From positions 1-34,692 of the forward strand of contig CBDFFH010000032.1 in assembly GCA_965246715.1 (NCBI GenBank): a stretch of DNA of 34,692 nt. The letters are read 5' to 3'. Within the stretch, counting starts at the first letter, position 1. Every line of letters begins with the position of its first letter. Under the pieces are notes generated by a model that saw only the letters and a list, made by a program, of their open reading frames with translations, had not been told where the DNA came from and ran no database searches. The position numbers were made by a program, and so were the translations under genes. Shown here in pieces: positions 34,538-34,692 of the stretch. The stretch is from Chamaesiphon sp. (lineage in GTDB: Bacteria > Cyanobacteriota > Cyanobacteriia > Cyanobacteriales > Chamaesiphonaceae).

Positions 34538-34692
34538 GTGCGGTTCGTTTTTAGCGCAAATCTCGTAAGAGACTAGTTCTAGAGTCCTCATACCGCCTGG
34601 GTTTTGACCCAAAATAATGTGAGGATAACTTCAATTTAGTGCAAGTGCGCTGCATGAGCAGCAAGTCTTGTCCGTTAGGGATGACGTGATGC
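34538..34692 (+). mobile_element. 5' end (domain I) of a second group II intron, truncated by the window edge
   Basis: GTGCGGTTCGTTT start and colinear similarity to 32271-32448 with compensatory stem changes. Confidence 0.85.

Overview
Cyanobacterial DNA, Chamaesiphon-like by inference from the very dense CGATCG/HIP1 cores and the VPEPFTIxGTxxGG-type PEP-CTERM tails. Positions 1-13 kb hold mostly core-type genes: CsbD, KTSC, FAD monooxygenase, PIN/TRAM, hemW, cbiG-cobJ, tRNA(CAU), S8 peptidase, trypsin-TPR and Uma2. Positions 13.4-28.5 kb form a minus-strand surface-protein island: four PEP-CTERM proteins, a DUF4114-type protein and an 1891-aa RTX protein around a LuxR-HTH regulator. All three transcription units of the island share the same operator-plus-promoter motif, and an intact IS1 has inserted into one copy. 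Positions 29-32 kb hold a CphB-like bacteriophytochrome and its response regulator. From 32.3 kb there is a group II intron with an RT/HNH ORF. A second, divergent group II intron begins 6 nt after its domain V, an apparent twintron at the DV-DVI junction that runs off the window end. Several MITEs and ~24-bp insertions at GATCG sites fill the intergenic gaps. All calls are by eye, with no database searches.
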